Position numbers and translations under genes: made by a program
Shown: positions 25,758 through 39,900 of the stretch, one piece after another
Layout of the letters: each line of letters begins with the position of its first letter
Position numbering within the stretch: position 1 is the stretch's first letter
The notes under the pieces: model-generated
What the model was told of the DNA's origin: nothing
Seen by the model: only the letters and a program-made list of their open reading frames with translations
Database searches by the model: none
Origin: Eledone cirrhosa
Taxonomy: Eukaryota
Direction of reading: 5' to 3'
DNA length: 64,000 nucleotides
Assembly (NCBI GenBank): GCA_964016885.1
Contig: OZ024743.1
Span: 301,320,001 to 301,384,000 of the forward strand

Positions 25758-28180
25758 TCTATATATATAAAACTGAGGATGTATGTTTGTGTGTGTGTGT
25801 GAGTTTGAATCCCTAAAACTAGAGAAGCACCCAACCGACTGTTTTCAAACTTTACACATGAAATACCTATGTTTTAGGGAATGTTCTGAGCAAAGACAAT
25901 TTCAAACATTCAATGCCCTAGGGACCGCATTAGACGATTTAGCGATCTCTCTCTTAGTTTCTCCCTTTTTAGATAGATACATACATATAACGTCGCACCC
26001 TGATAATATATGTCAGTATGTCTGGCTGTCTGCATTACGTCACTTCCCACAATTCCCTCTGCGTCCAGAACGAGCCCTTATAATATATGTCGGTATGTCT
26101 GGCTGTCTGCATTACGTCTCTTCTCCAAATTCCCTCTGAGTGTAGATTTTTCCACTTACGGCTTCCATTTATTCAGCCACCCTTGCTCAAAAGGAATCTC
26201 ACACTCAATCCCCAAACAGTTGGTAAGTGCACACAACTTCTTCCCCACGTTTTTAGCCACAGTGTTGCTTACTTACGTACCACCAGACCCTTACTCCTTT
26301 GCCAGCGGTGGTTGTGGCAATACTAAGCTTAGCTAAGGCGGTTATATATTTCACACAGAACTATAAATGAAAGCCGGTAACTATGTATTAGTCAGTCTCT
26401 TCTTCTTACCGTGAGCAAAGAAAATCCAACTTTTAGTGGAGCGAGTGAAATAAAGTCAATGCTGCTGCGATTCAAATATCAGGTTTGCAGGTTATATATT
26501 TCAAACAAAACTAAAAATTAAAGCCAGTAAAGAAAAACATCTCTATAATAACTTCAATTTTCACAGTGTTGCTTACTTAAGTACCTTTACGAGAACAAAA
26601 GTTACTATTCTACGGCTTAGTGTTGTAGAAAATATATATATATATATATATTTTCGTTTTGATTTCATATTTTTATGCGAATTACTTTAGAAATAAAGTA
26701 TTGTATATATTTTATGTTTGTAAATTTAATACACGAATCATCAGAGGATTCTACTATCCGACTGTCACAAGTTGCTGATCATCGTGCCGTAAGAAGAGCA
26801 CTCGAAACAGATGACCAACGAGCCGCTCGCCGAACAACTATTGTCGTTTTCACTGCTACTACAAGAGCTACAGAGACTGAATACCAGCGTCGAAGCCACT
26901 ATACGGCTAGCGCGGCGTCAAATCTGCTGGAAGAGCTGCAGTGACTGAAGACCAGCGTCGAAGCCACCCTACCGCTAGCGCGGCGTCACATCTGCTGGAA
27001 GAGCTGCAGTGACTGAAGACCAGCGTCGAAGCCACCATACCGCTAGCGCGGCGTCACATCTGCTGGAAGAGCTGCAGTGACTGAAGACCAGCGTCGAAGC
27101 CACCATACCGCTAGCGCGGCGTCACATCTGCTGGAAGAGCTGCAGTGACTGAAGACCAGCGTCGAAACCGCCATACCGCTAACATGGCATCAACATCTGC
27201 TGCAAGAGCTGTAGAGACTGAAGACCAGCGTCGAAACCGCCATACCGCTAACACCGCGTCAACGTCTGGTGCAAGAACTACGGAGCCAGACCAACAGCGT
27301 AAACGTTGCCGGACCTCTGATACTGCGTTAACTTCTGCTTCCCGGGCTGCGGAGAAAGAAGAACAGCGCATTAGACGTCGGGCAACGGATGCTGCTAACA
27401 CTGCTGCTGCTCGAGTTTCCAAAACGGCGCAAGACCTCGATAACCGTCTAGAGAGTAATGTCCAACAAAGATCCCTTAGGCAAAGTGTTTCACAGCCGTG
27501 CAGCTCACAATGAGCCCTCAAAGCTTTCTAGTATAGCCCCATCTTTGATTACGGCAGCCAACCAAACTTGACATTTGCAATTATGTAAAAAACGTGCTCA
27601 TTTTGCAATGCCAAAAAGTGGACGGGCGAACCACCTGGTATGTGCTGCTCAAACGGGAAGGTCAAATTGCACCCACTGGAGGGCCCACCATAGCCGCTAA
27701 AGATCCTCCTTTCAGGCTCTAGGACCCGCATTAGGTGAAAAACTGCGTTCTTTTTAGCTTTTTAGAGGTTTTTTGAGGCGTTATGTCAGACCGATTTCCT
27801 TGTAATTGTAACTATTTACCGTGAGCAAAGAAAATTCAATTTTGTTTATGGGTTAGGGCCCGCATTAGGTGAAGCACTCCATGTTTTCAGCTTTTTAAGG
27901 TTTTTATGAAGCGTACGTTTAGCCGAATTTGCCGAAATTTCAAGGCGTATTATGCACATTAAAAACATTCATTTTCTTGATCCCCTAGGGCCCGCATTAG
28001 GTGAAAAACTGCAATTTTCCTGCTTCATCGAGGAAAATCTTAAAGATTATACAGCCATCAGAGTATTCGGTTTCTTTTCTTTACATATTGTCCAGGCTTG
28101 CAGTTTTTCCACGATTAGGGCTGTAAGTGGGGCGCGTTCCAAAATATCTTATCCCGTGCAACGCCGAGTACCACTGTTAG
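25758..28180 (+). mobile_element. Non-autonomous, internally deleted Helitron
   Basis: 5' a|TCTATATATATAAAACTG..; 3' CCCGTGCAACGCCGAGT hairpin remnant then TTAG|t (variant of CTAG); remnant CSFCNAKKWTGEPPGMCCSNGKV zinc motif at ~27590-27670; internal repeats TAGGGCCCGCATTAGGTGAA. Confidence 0.8.
26870..27300 (+). repeat. 68/69 bp tandem repeat encoding 23-aa E-T-E-D-Q-R-R units (Helitron N-terminal, STPR-like)
   Basis: Unit starts at 26941, 27009, 27077, 27145 and 27214. Confidence 0.9.
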
Positions 28181-28369
28181 TTATTTATAAAGATTGACTG
28201 TTATAAGAATCATAATTCAAATTTATTCAATGTTTCGTAAGTGAAGCACCTTGTTTGTAATATCTTCGTAACAAAAAATATTATATCTTTGGTAGCGAGG
28301 TTCCCATATGTTTATAATCATTGATGTACCCACTGATTACGCTTAATGGTATCTTAGTTCTAATGGCAA

Positions 28370-28528
28370 TACACACATATATCCCGGTCACACACAAGCA
28401 GATACATACACACCCACCCACACCCACACAAACACACACACATACACACACACACTCACTCTCTCTCTCACACACACACACACACACATACACACACACG
28501 CTCACTATCTCTCTCACACACACACATA

Positions 28529-28560
<32 letters not shown>
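28370..28560. repeat. (CA)n/(CT)n microsatellite
   Basis: Direct reading. Confidence 0.95.
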
Positions 28561-28563
<3 letters not shown>

Positions 28564-29352
28564 GAATGGTGGCTTTCACTTAATAATTCTTGCGAAACAA
28601 ATTTAGATTTGTCCGGGTATCAAAGGCAGTTGCCCGGTATAGGTGTGTTATGTTTATTGATATGCTACTTTAAATCGAGACAGGCAAACCATATTGTTTT
28701 AAATTAGTACTTTTTCCACCTAGCTAACTTGGTTATTTGCAATTGGAACACATGTAAAATTGTATCGGTGTTCATCCTCTCATATATTCAATTGCATTAC
28801 ACGGCTCGGAAAGATCCGCTTCTTTGAGTTATTTAATTGTAAAAGACTATTTTGAGTTTCTTATTCGTAAATGAGTTTAACTTAATTCCTATATATATGG
28901 ACAGAAAATAGAAGATGATGAAACCAAAACAATTATTTATTCCTGTTTTCGCATTAAAAGATATGGATTATTGGTAGCATATTATTTTACGTTAACAATC
29001 GAGAGCACTTTCGCAGCCAGAAATGCATTATAAAGGAAGAGGCAAATAAGTAGATGCCATTACAGGTAGGAGGGTCTTCGCAAACAGCTGTGTAATGAAC
29101 GTTATCCGTTTCCTGGTTAATCGATCGAGCACAAACATAGCACTGATCTCATAATTGACTACTGTTTTAGTTTGGAAATGAAATGTAAAATGAGTTCGGT
29201 ATTCTTCTATGAGCGAATTTAAACGGAAAATAATCAATGTGAGGTGTACTTCCTTTGTCTGAGATGAAACAAATAAATATACGAAAATAAGCGCGAATAA
29301 TGTAATATATGATAAATAATGAAAAATATACATATTTATACAGACACACACA

Positions 29353-29408
<56 letters not shown>

Positions 29409-29752
29409 CCCCCCCCCACACACACGTTATATATATATATATATATGATAATAAGATTAATAAATGCTATCTTTATAAAACCATATTTAATTTATTATAT
29501 ATGTGTCAAGGGTACCAATATTTTGGTACGCTCTCATCAGATAAAATACAAATGTTGGTTTACAGATAGTGATATATTCAGATAAAATGTTGGTACACTT
29601 GAAATATATATTATAACATATATATGGTTTTATATAGATAGGTTCCGTTTATTATTATTATTGATATTATACTCCAGAAGAAAATTGTTGAGTTCATCTA
29701 ATCTCGTATAAATTAAATTTGTTGAATAATCAACAAATTAAATAACTCATTG

Positions 29753-30189
<437 letters not shown>

Positions 30190-30964
30190 TAAAGCATGTC
30201 CATAGAATCATCGCGGCCAACCGCTATAGAACGTTTCAACAGCACGTGGAAATTAATTAAATATACAGTCAACCATACATAATTAGGTATATAATTAAAG
30301 TTAGAAATGCTTATATACATACCAGGATTAAATCCCGAAATCCCGACCCATGGTTTTCGTTCTGATTTTGAGATATCCTATTAAGGATAAATCTCGAGTT
30401 TCGAACTCTTCAGGGGACAAACTCGCAAGGACAGATTATTTTCTGAAGTGGCCCCCGCCAAACACGAATTCAAAATGGCTGAGAACTGTGACGTGGAAGT
30501 GGTCAAGTCAGAAATAGTATGATTGGTTGCTTACGGCGATTAGGTTGGTTGCTAGAAAGCGCAGCCCAATATCGCCCAAATTGCATCTCAACCTTATGGG
30601 AGATTATTAAATATAAATATTTACATATGCACCGATTAATCGAAGTCACAGATATATATGTGTTTTGGCAACCATTCACTATGTGGCTCAATGAAGATTT
30701 AATAAATTAAATAATCAGAGCAAAATACTATAAAGTAAAGCATGTCCATAGAATCATTTGATAATATGTATACATCATTTCTTCTCTCAATTAACATAAT
30801 TAACCACACAAAAAAATCAATTAGACCAGGCTATAAGAATAAAAGGCACCTTTGAAGAAACAGTAAATAAATAAACGAAAGCAGCGTCTTCTTTAATTAG
30901 CATTTCTAACTTTAATTCTATACCTAATTGTGTCTATTTGTATATATATATGTATATATATATC

Positions 30965-31425
30965 TATCTATCTAAGGCGGGTAAAATTCCCGAGATCCAT
31001 GGACGAGTTCTCTCCAGCGGTCTCTGTCCCTCATTCTCGCTGCCATGTCCTGCGTCTCCAACAGACCAGTGTCTGCCCTTAGGGCATCAACATACGTTAA
31101 CCTTGGTCTTCCTCTTCTAGTGTGTCCATGTAGGGGCTCCCAAAGGAGTGGAAGTTGGACCTTCTTAGAGACCTGAAAATCCGTCTCTTCATTGCTGTAG
31201 TGGAGACTGTGCTGCTGTATGGGTCTGAAACTTGGACACTGACCAATAAACTCACTCAGATAGTGGTTGGGTGCTACACGAGCATGCTGAGGATGGCTCT
31301 GAACATTAATCAGTATACACTGAGGATGAAAAACTCAGAGCTGTATGGGAGCATCCCAAATGTCAGCCCAAAAGTGACACAGAGGAGACTGAGGTTAGCT
31401 GGACATGCTCACCGACATCCAGAGT

Positions 31426-31426
<1 letters not shown>
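30965..31426 (-). mobile_element. RTE-clade LINE 3' fragment with an inverted 5' piece
   Basis: - strand 31150-30965 reads WEPLHGHTRRGRPRLTYVD..DRDRW then a TAGA/TA tail; + strand 31155-31426 reads VLLYGSETWTLT..RRLRLAGH. Confidence 0.85.
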
Positions 31427-31472
<46 letters not shown>

Positions 31473-31857
31473 CATAGTGATATATGTATATAATTAGACA
31501 TAGTCACAGATACATATATGAGAGTAGCTACCTTTCACGGTGTGACTCAATGAAGAATTAATTAAGCAAATAATTATTAATCAGAATTATATATAAAATT
31601 GCAAGTTTGAAGAATTATTAGATCATATATATATTCAGTCTTTCCTCTACCTAGTCCGTAGAAATCAACCACATAAATAATCATTAAACGATACTATAAG
31701 TTTAAAATGTAACTATGATGAAATAATAGACAAATAATACAAACTATCTTCCGCGACGGACAACCAGATCAAATTTACCTAGTCATTCCTTTAGCCCGTA
31801 GAAATTGACAAGACAAATAATCAACCTCAAATATATATGTATATATATATATATACA

Positions 31858-31935
<78 letters not shown>

Positions 31936-32779
31936 AATGTGTATCTGTTTGCATGTCTGTATGTGTTATTTAGGAACGAAGATCTAACTAGTACAATCTC
32001 ACTTCCTCTGAGTGAATTATTTGATATTTACTCAACACCTGTGCACAACGACCGAGCTGTTACTCTTTGCTACTAAATTAAGTATATGTGATTTGAACAA
32101 AATTGAAGAATATATCTAATGTGTAATACACATCAATTTATGGAATATTTATTGCAAGTTATTTCACGTGTTTTATGACACAATTTAAAAATCATGTCAA
32201 ATGTGTTCGACTAGCAGAACTCTAGCGATGCAGCGAATCGAACATTTAATATTTGACGGAGCATCATGACTGTACAAACCGTGAAGCGAAATAAGGTGAT
32301 TCCTCAAACCTTGGAAGGAACGATAAGTATATCAATATATAACACAATCTGCATTAGCATATAAGAATCGAATCATCGGCGAGTATTATACTTTCACGTC
32401 CATCGACTCCGATATGTTTTAATGTAGACATTAAAGATTTAATGTTGTAAACGTTAAACGTGTTATCACCCACTTAAGATTTAGAATGTTACGTGGGATA
32501 ACTGGATTATGAATTAGCGAAGTATAAGTGAGTCGGGGAATGGAATGTTAATGTTCCGCTAAAATAAATTTAATTTCCATGTAGAATTTTACACTCGCAT
32601 AATTCGTAAAGAAGTTGTCTAGGAATTAGTATAGGCATTATTCAATATCATTGAGTTTATAGTAATAAAACGTTAATTTTTGTTTACAAATGCTTGTTTT
32701 AAAATGCTTAAGGTTTATCTTAATTACACACACCAGCACAGACGCTCACATAAACGCGCACATACCTGGAAAGCGATCG

Positions 32780-33115
32780 CTGCAAGAAATACAGAAAATA
32801 GTGATGACTGGTACTGCCCATGTACTAAGGACGGCATTATCAATTATAAGAATTTAGTCAATGGGCACATATATGACGTCAGACACAATAGCAGTAGTTC
32901 AAACGAACTTGATGAACATTTTGCATCAAATGGCTGCAATTTTGGAAAAGACTTAAATGTTCATATTCTCAGTAAAATATTCTGAATCTGCTACACTTTC
33001 TGTACAAAAAATGCATGAGGAGAGATATGTTTGCGGGTAATTATTACCACGCCCTGGAGGAATGAAGAAAATGACAGGAGAATTTTATCATATTTTCACA
33101 AAACTGTTTGATTAA
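32780..33115 (+). mobile_element. Possible degenerate Penelope-like GIY-YIG C-terminal remnant
   Basis: HIYDVRHN..ELDEHFASNGCNFGKDLNVHIL resembles PLE endonuclease ends; weak. Confidence 0.35.
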
Positions 33116-33120
33116 ATATT

Positions 33121-33762
33121 CTCACTGTGTATGATCTGTGGAGAGAGAGAGGAGACTGTGACTCACATTGTATCCGAATGTAAACACCTAGCCCAGACTC
33201 ACTATAAAGGCTGGAGACATGATGTGATCCACTGGCACCTATGCAAAGTAAACAATTTACCACATTCTGAGAAGTGGTATGAGCATAAGCCAGACTCGCT
33301 GAAAGAAACGATCAGGTGAAGGTGCTGTGAGATTTTAGGATACAGACGGCCAAGAAACTGGAACACAATAGACCTGACCTGGTGGTTTTGGACAAGGAGA
33401 AAAGATCGTGCCTGATTGTGTATGTAGCCTGCCCATTCGACACAAGAGTGCAAGAGAAGGAGAGGGAGGAAATTAACCGATACCAGGACTTAAAGTGGGA
33501 GGTAAAAAGGATTTGGAACTGCCATGAAGTCAAAGTGATCCCGATTGTTATAGGCGCACTAGGTACTATCTCAAAGAGTTTCCAAGGATGGTTAAAGAAA
33601 ATTGGTCCCGCCCCGCTTTTTGGAACACTTCAAAAGGCATGCTTGCTGGGAACAGCAAGAGCCCTCCGATACGTCCTGAATATCCGAGGCTGCAGCTAGT
33701 GGGTTGATATCCATTCAAACAAACTTTCCAGTTAAATAACATCAATGACTGAGACACAAATA
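33121..33762 (+). mobile_element. Dong family A, 5'-truncated copy
   Basis: CGEREETVTHIVSEC, RPDL; (TAA)n tail at 33762-33835. Confidence 0.92.
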
Positions 33763-33764
33763 AC

Positions 33765-33835
<71 letters not shown>

Positions 33836-33837
<2 letters not shown>

Positions 33838-36765
33838 GATCTGAATACTGAGATAAATAATACCTGGAACAGAGATACGGCCACTGAGGAGATGAATGCT
33901 GACGGGCTAGGACAAGATTCGGTTGACATCCTAAATTTAGTGGTAGATGAGTTGAACAATGATAGTGGGAGACCTATGAACCTAAGATTTGTAGACAGGA
34001 AAAAGTTAAAAGAAACAACAGCTAAGGTAAACAAAGTCATCCCATACCTTGAGGCGAGGAGTCTTCACCAGTGCAACAATATCCTCAAAGCAACAGCAAA
34101 TACGGTGAGGAAACTACTTGGTATAAAAGCGAGAGGAAACAACAGACAAGAAAGAGCAGAGCCGTGGTGGAAGAAGCGACTGAGTGGGCAAATCGGGGAA
34201 ATGAGAAATGACATAGGAAAGCTTGAGTCACTACTGAATGGGACACTAAAAAACATAGGCACTAAAAATAGACTGGAAATAAAATACAAAACTAGGAGTA
34301 AAAAGCTAAATATTATCATAGAGGAATTGAAGCAACGCATTGTAGCAAAGAGTGCCAAAATCAGGCGATACGAGAACAGAGTCAGTCAGTATAAACAGAA
34401 CCGCATGTTCGACAACAACCCGAAGATGCTGCTTGGACAGCTTGAGGGGAAAGAAAGAGGCAACGACTTGATCCCTGGGGCGGAACAAGCTAAAACATTC
34501 TGGAGAGGAATATGGGAGCAGGATGTTAGACACAATGCCCAGGCAGGGTGGATTGAGACAGTACAGAGGGAGATCGGTGAGCAGGCACAGCAACAGACTG
34601 ATTTGAGTATCACAGTTGAAACTCTTAAGGGGCAAGCCAAAAAACTAACCAACTGGAAATCACCAGGCCCAGATGGTGTGCAGGGGTATTGGATTAAACA
34701 TTTAACATCCCTCCACCCGAAGCTGACGGCCATGTTCAATGACTGCTTGGTGTCGGGTGAGGTTCCAGAGTGGTTGACAAAAGGTACCACAGTTCTGATA
34801 ATGAAAGACCGAATCAAGGGTAATGATGTTACCAACTATAGACCTATCACATGTCTGTCCGTAATGTGGAAACTGTTGACGAGCATTGTGTCTGAGGAAA
34901 TCTACCATCACCTCCACACAAACAACTTGTTACCGGACGAACAGAAAGGATGCCGAAAGAAGTCACGTGGTACAAAGGACCAGTTACTTATTGATAAGAT
35001 GGTAATGGGGAATTGCAGGAGGAGACACACTGATCTTGCCATGGGATGGATAGACTACAGAAAGGCATTTGACATGGTGCCTCATTCTTGGATCACCAAA
35101 AGCCTGGAGATCTTCAAGGTGGCAGATAACACCAGACAGTTGCTGGGCAGGAGTATGAGGTCCTGGGAAACAGAGTTGACATCAACTGGAGTATCCTTGG
35201 GAAGCGGATACAGGTTGGGAAAGGGAGAGCTTACCATCAATCACCTCCTCTTCATGGACGATCTTAAGCTCTTCGAGAGGAGTGAGAAGGAGTTGGATGT
35301 GCTTGTTGACACTGTCCGTATTTTCAGCAGTGATATATGTATGCAGTTTGGTATTAGTAAGTGTGGAGTCATTGTGATGAGGAGGGGTAGGTTGAGCAGA
35401 AGTAACGGAATCCAGATACCAACAGGTGAGATGATAAAGGAAATTGACTCTGAGGAAGGATACAAGTATTTGGGCGTTCTGGAGGCTGATGGCATAAAGA
35501 ACAAAAAAATGAAGGAATTGTTAAGAACTGAATACATTCGGAGAGTAAGGAGCGTATTGAAGTCACATCTGAACAGCAGAAATGCCATAAGCGCAGTAAA
35601 TTCCCGAGCTGTGTCTATTATTAGGTACAGTGCGGGAATTCTGAGATGGAATGTTGCTGAACAAAAAGAAATGGATAGGAAGACTAGGAAGCTATTGACT
35701 ATCTACAACATGTTCCACAAGAGGAGTGATGTCGATAGACTCTACCTAAGGAGATCTGAGGGTGGAAGAGGTCTTATCAGCATAGAGGACTGTGTTCAGA
35801 TGGAGAAAAACAACCTATACAAATACGTGACCTATAGTAAGGAGTCAATGCTCAGAACTGTACTGAAGGAGGGGACAATAGGCCGGGGGATGTCCAAGGA
35901 GGAAATAACATCAAGGAGAAAGAGCAGCCTTCAGGGAAAATCCCTTCATAGTACCTTCTTTGAGAAAACTGAATTTAGAGATCCACAGACATGGAACTGG
36001 TTGAGAAGAGGAGACCTTAAAAAGGCTACAGAAGGAATGTTAATGGCTGCGCAGGAGCAGGCCCTCAAAACGAAGTGGTTGAAACACCATATTTATAAGG
36101 AGGGGGCTAGCCCACTGTGCAGGATCTGTGGAGAGAGAGAGAGGAGACTGTGGCTCACATTGTATCCGAGTGTAAACACCTAGCCCAGACCCACTATAAG
36201 GGCTGGAGACATGATGTGATGGGCAGGGTGATCCACTGGCACCTGTGCAAAGTAAACAATTTACCACATTCTGAGAAATGGTATGAGCATAAGCCAGAGG
36301 CGGTGATGGAGAACGATCAGGTGAAGGTGCTGTGGGATTTTAGGATACAGACGGACAAGAAACTGGAACACAATAGACCTGACCTGGTGGTTGTGGACAA
36401 AGAAAAAAGATCGTGTCTGATTATGGATGTGGCCTGCCCATTCGAGACGAGAGTGCAAGAGAAGGAGAGGGAGAAAATTAACCGATACCAGGACTTAAAG
36501 TGGGAGGTAAAAAGGATTTGGAACTGCCATGAAGTCAAAGTGATCCCGATTGTCATAGGCGCACTGGGGACTATCTCCAAAAGTTTCCAGGGATGGTTAA
36601 AGAAAATCGGCCCCTTCACGCTTTTTGGAACGCTTCAAAAGGCATGCTTGCTGGGAACAGCAAGAACCCTCCGATACGTCCTGAATATCTGAGGCTGCAG
36701 GTAGTGGCTTGATATTCATTCCAACGGACTTTCCAGTTAACTAACATCAATGACTGAGATTCAAG

Positions 36766-36768
<3 letters not shown>
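33836..36768 (+). mobile_element. Dong family A, long 5'-truncated copy with a 102 bp RT deletion and a +2 frameshift
   Basis: Nearly identical to 10459-13492; lacks GIFQGDSLSP (junction 35206/35207); extra GA at ~36135. Confidence 0.95.
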
Positions 36769-36800
<32 letters not shown>

Positions 36801-36802
<2 letters not shown>

Positions 36803-36899
36803 TGTTTCTACTTTTGGCACAAGGCCAGCAAATACCCAGTACATTACTGGTAGTTTATGTACTGTGTAAATGCTGGCCTTGTGCCAAAAGTAGAAACAA
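36801..36899. mobile_element. Two SINE 3' ends in inverted orientation (hairpin)
   Basis: TTGTTTCTACTTTTGGCACAAGGCCAGCA ... TGCTGGCCTTGTGCCAAAAGTAGAAACAA. Confidence 0.85.
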
Positions 36900-36907
36900 A
36901 TAATAAT

Positions 36908-39900
36908 GATTTCATTTATTGGCCACAAGGGCCGACATATAGGGGACAATACAAAAGACTGGGACAGAGGGGTTTTACAGAAAAATCGAGTAAACAATAT
37001 GAATAACAATAACAAAGTAACAATAAAAATACAACAAGAAAAATTCCCCAATAGCGGGGATGACCACCCAGGGTTCAGTCCGGTACCCCTTCAATCCTGA
37101 ACGACCCGACGCTTCGAGAGCATCTTGGAAGGGCACCCCTCTCCTCCTCAAATATACCCACCTATAGCCGCATGACCAGAGTAGACCTACTCACACTGGC
37201 CATTATCGCCACATTCACCCGCCTTTCAGCAAATGTACTGGGGGGGGGGGGGGGGGGCAGCACTTCTCTCTCCACCCTCAACTTCCTTTCCAAGTGAAAT
37301 TTGAAAAAGTTGATGAGGGATTGGCCGAAGAGAAAAGTGTCTCTCTTCAGTCATTTCAACTTCGTCCACCATAAAACCTCTTTCGCTACAGCCACCAGAC
37401 AGAGGAAAATTGCCTGCCCTTCCTGGCCAAAAGAAGGCGGCGGGCTAATCTTCCCTATGGACTCGGCCGACAGCCGAATCCGTTCTACACGCGACAACAG
37501 CTGTTCGACATAACTCCACAATTCAGTAATCCGCTGGAGGAATGCGTGCAAAACAGTTTGTCGCTCTGCGCGCATCTCGCGCAGTCCGTCTGACAGCACT
37601 TCCATCCCTGTAGATTTTATCTCGAACCGGCAGTGTCCCCCGGTAGCACTGCCAAGCGAGGGATTTTTGGAAATTATCCATCGTCCCCGACTCGAAATTC
37701 CTCCGGTACAGACTGGTTAGATCGACTTCGTCGACGCCCAGAGCCTCTCCGAGTGCGCGTCGCACTCTCCCACCACTAATCATCTATAGAACACGAGAGT
37801 GGAATTTCCACTGACCGCATTGCCCGCCTGGGAGAGGGCAGTGAGTGCCTGGCAACATTCCACATGCCAGTCAACCTGTCTCGGTCTATTCTTGACCCAG
37901 GACTGCAGCTCAGTCTAAGAAACGAGCTGTGGAAAGGCCCGTCTGACAAACCGCGACCACACCTGTTCACCGTTTAGGCAGAATATCTGGAGATGCCGCA
38001 GCCTCAGTGTATGTCTGCGCATCATTAACCACGGCATGCCCAGCCCTCCACGTAGAGGGTGCTGGCAGCAGATGGACCGCCTCACCAGCGGAACCTGACC
38101 CCTCCACAATAATTTGAAGAGGAGCCGCGTTATGATGGCGAGTCGCTAACGACGGTCAGATGGTAGTAGATGACGGACGCGATGTACGCTTCGCCACCTC
38201 CGCCCGACCTTTCAGTGATAACTTACTCCCAGCCCATTTCTAGGTGAGACTGGCTACCCTGCCCGTCACCTCGTCCCAATTCTTATCCACCTTGAGGTCT
38301 GGCCCGAACCAAATCCCGAGCAACTTTACCAGTCCGTCCGTCCAGCGCCTAACGACGCTGTTGGAAGGCATGGACTTGCCTCTCTAGGTGCCGAGTTGCA
38401 AGCCCACCGACGTTTCCGGGTTAAGTTTTGCCTCCGTCAACCTCTCATATTGCTTCAATAAGTTGCCGACCACCTCGACTTCTGAGGTGTCCAACACTAT
38501 CTCGGTGATGTCGTCCGCATAAGCCGGCACCTTTCCGCGTCCCGGTTTCAGCGGGATGCCCTGCAACAGCTCCAGCTTCTGCACTAAAGGCTCGAGAGTC
38601 AATACGTACAGAAGGGATGGAAGAGGGCAAGTCTGACGGAACGGTCGGGAGACCTGAAACGGTTCCGAGAGGTGGCCATTAATTTTGACCACCGAGCAGG
38701 TGCCGATGTGCATTACAGCGATCCAGCTTCTGAAGACGGGGCCGAAGCCAGCCGCCTTGAGGACAGTCTCCATGTACCGATGGTCGACCCTATCGAAAGC
38801 TTTCAATTGATCTAAATTGATCAGAGCCCCCGCCGAAGCCAGGGTTACACCATACCCTCTCTATGATGTATCGCATTAGGTTGTCGTGTATGGACCGGGT
38901 TGTGTTGCGCAAGTTTGCGTCTCCCCAACCAAATCCCCGACGACAAGCGCCAACCTCTTCGTTAACACTCTGGCCAAAATCTTAAACTCTGTTTTGAGCA
39001 CAGTTATGGGCCTGAAATTGTCTAATGTGTCCCTGTTGTTCTCGTCCCTCCTTAGGAGCGTCACTACGCCTCGGCTCACAGAACTGGGAATACTCGCGTT
39101 TTGCTGCCAGTTGCAGTAGAGGGCTTCGAGGAGATTGGTGTACAAGTCTGGCATATTTACGTAAATCTCTTAGGGCAGACCATCCAAACCGGGTGACTTG
39201 CACCTAATGCAGCTGGCAAGGGCATCCTGAATCTCGGCTAAAGTAATTGGCCTTTCGCAGCGCCCAGCGTCAGCCGTCGAGAGTTGCAGCAAGCCATCGA
39301 GGTAGGGACTGAAGTCCGCCACCGTCTCTGACCCGCCAATTCCCCCGAACAACCGAGCAAAATGTTGGCGAAAGGCCTCACACATCCGCTTGGAAACGTT
39401 CAGCTCGTGTCTGTCTCGGTCCGTCAAAGACCGAATCGTGGGTTTATTACCAGGCTGCGCCTCTGCCACGCTGTCCTATCGAACAGCTTTGGTTCTGTCG
39501 TTTCTTAGAGCACGCGCGTTAGCCCTGACAATGCAACCTTCGTGTTTTGCATTGAAGAAATGGTCTAATACCATTCTCATCGCTAGCTCGTCAGTTACTA
39601 TGCCACTACCAATAGCCTCGTCTAACTTATCTATCAACTCCCTCTCCATTCTATTTTTCTCTAAATTTTCTTTGCTAAATTCTATCGACATTACTCTAAT
39701 CTCTCTTTTGAGAGCCCTCCACCATCTATTTTTGACGACTCTCCCTGTCAACTTTTTTTAAACTAAATTGTTGACCCGGTCCCTGTAAGCCTTACATTGC
39801 GGAAATGACATGTTTAGCTTCCAGTAACCAGGTCCTAACCTACGCGTCTTATCTAGGTCGACCAAACAGATCACAAACTTGTGATCTGAATAGGCGACCG

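Noticed and set aside
26941-27300. CRISPR-like array
   Set aside because: Contiguous tandem units with no unique spacers, in a eukaryotic Helitron context.
37240-37257. Poly-G run as a functional G-quadruplex
   Set aside because: A homopolymer expansion inside a dead LINE, with unreliable length.
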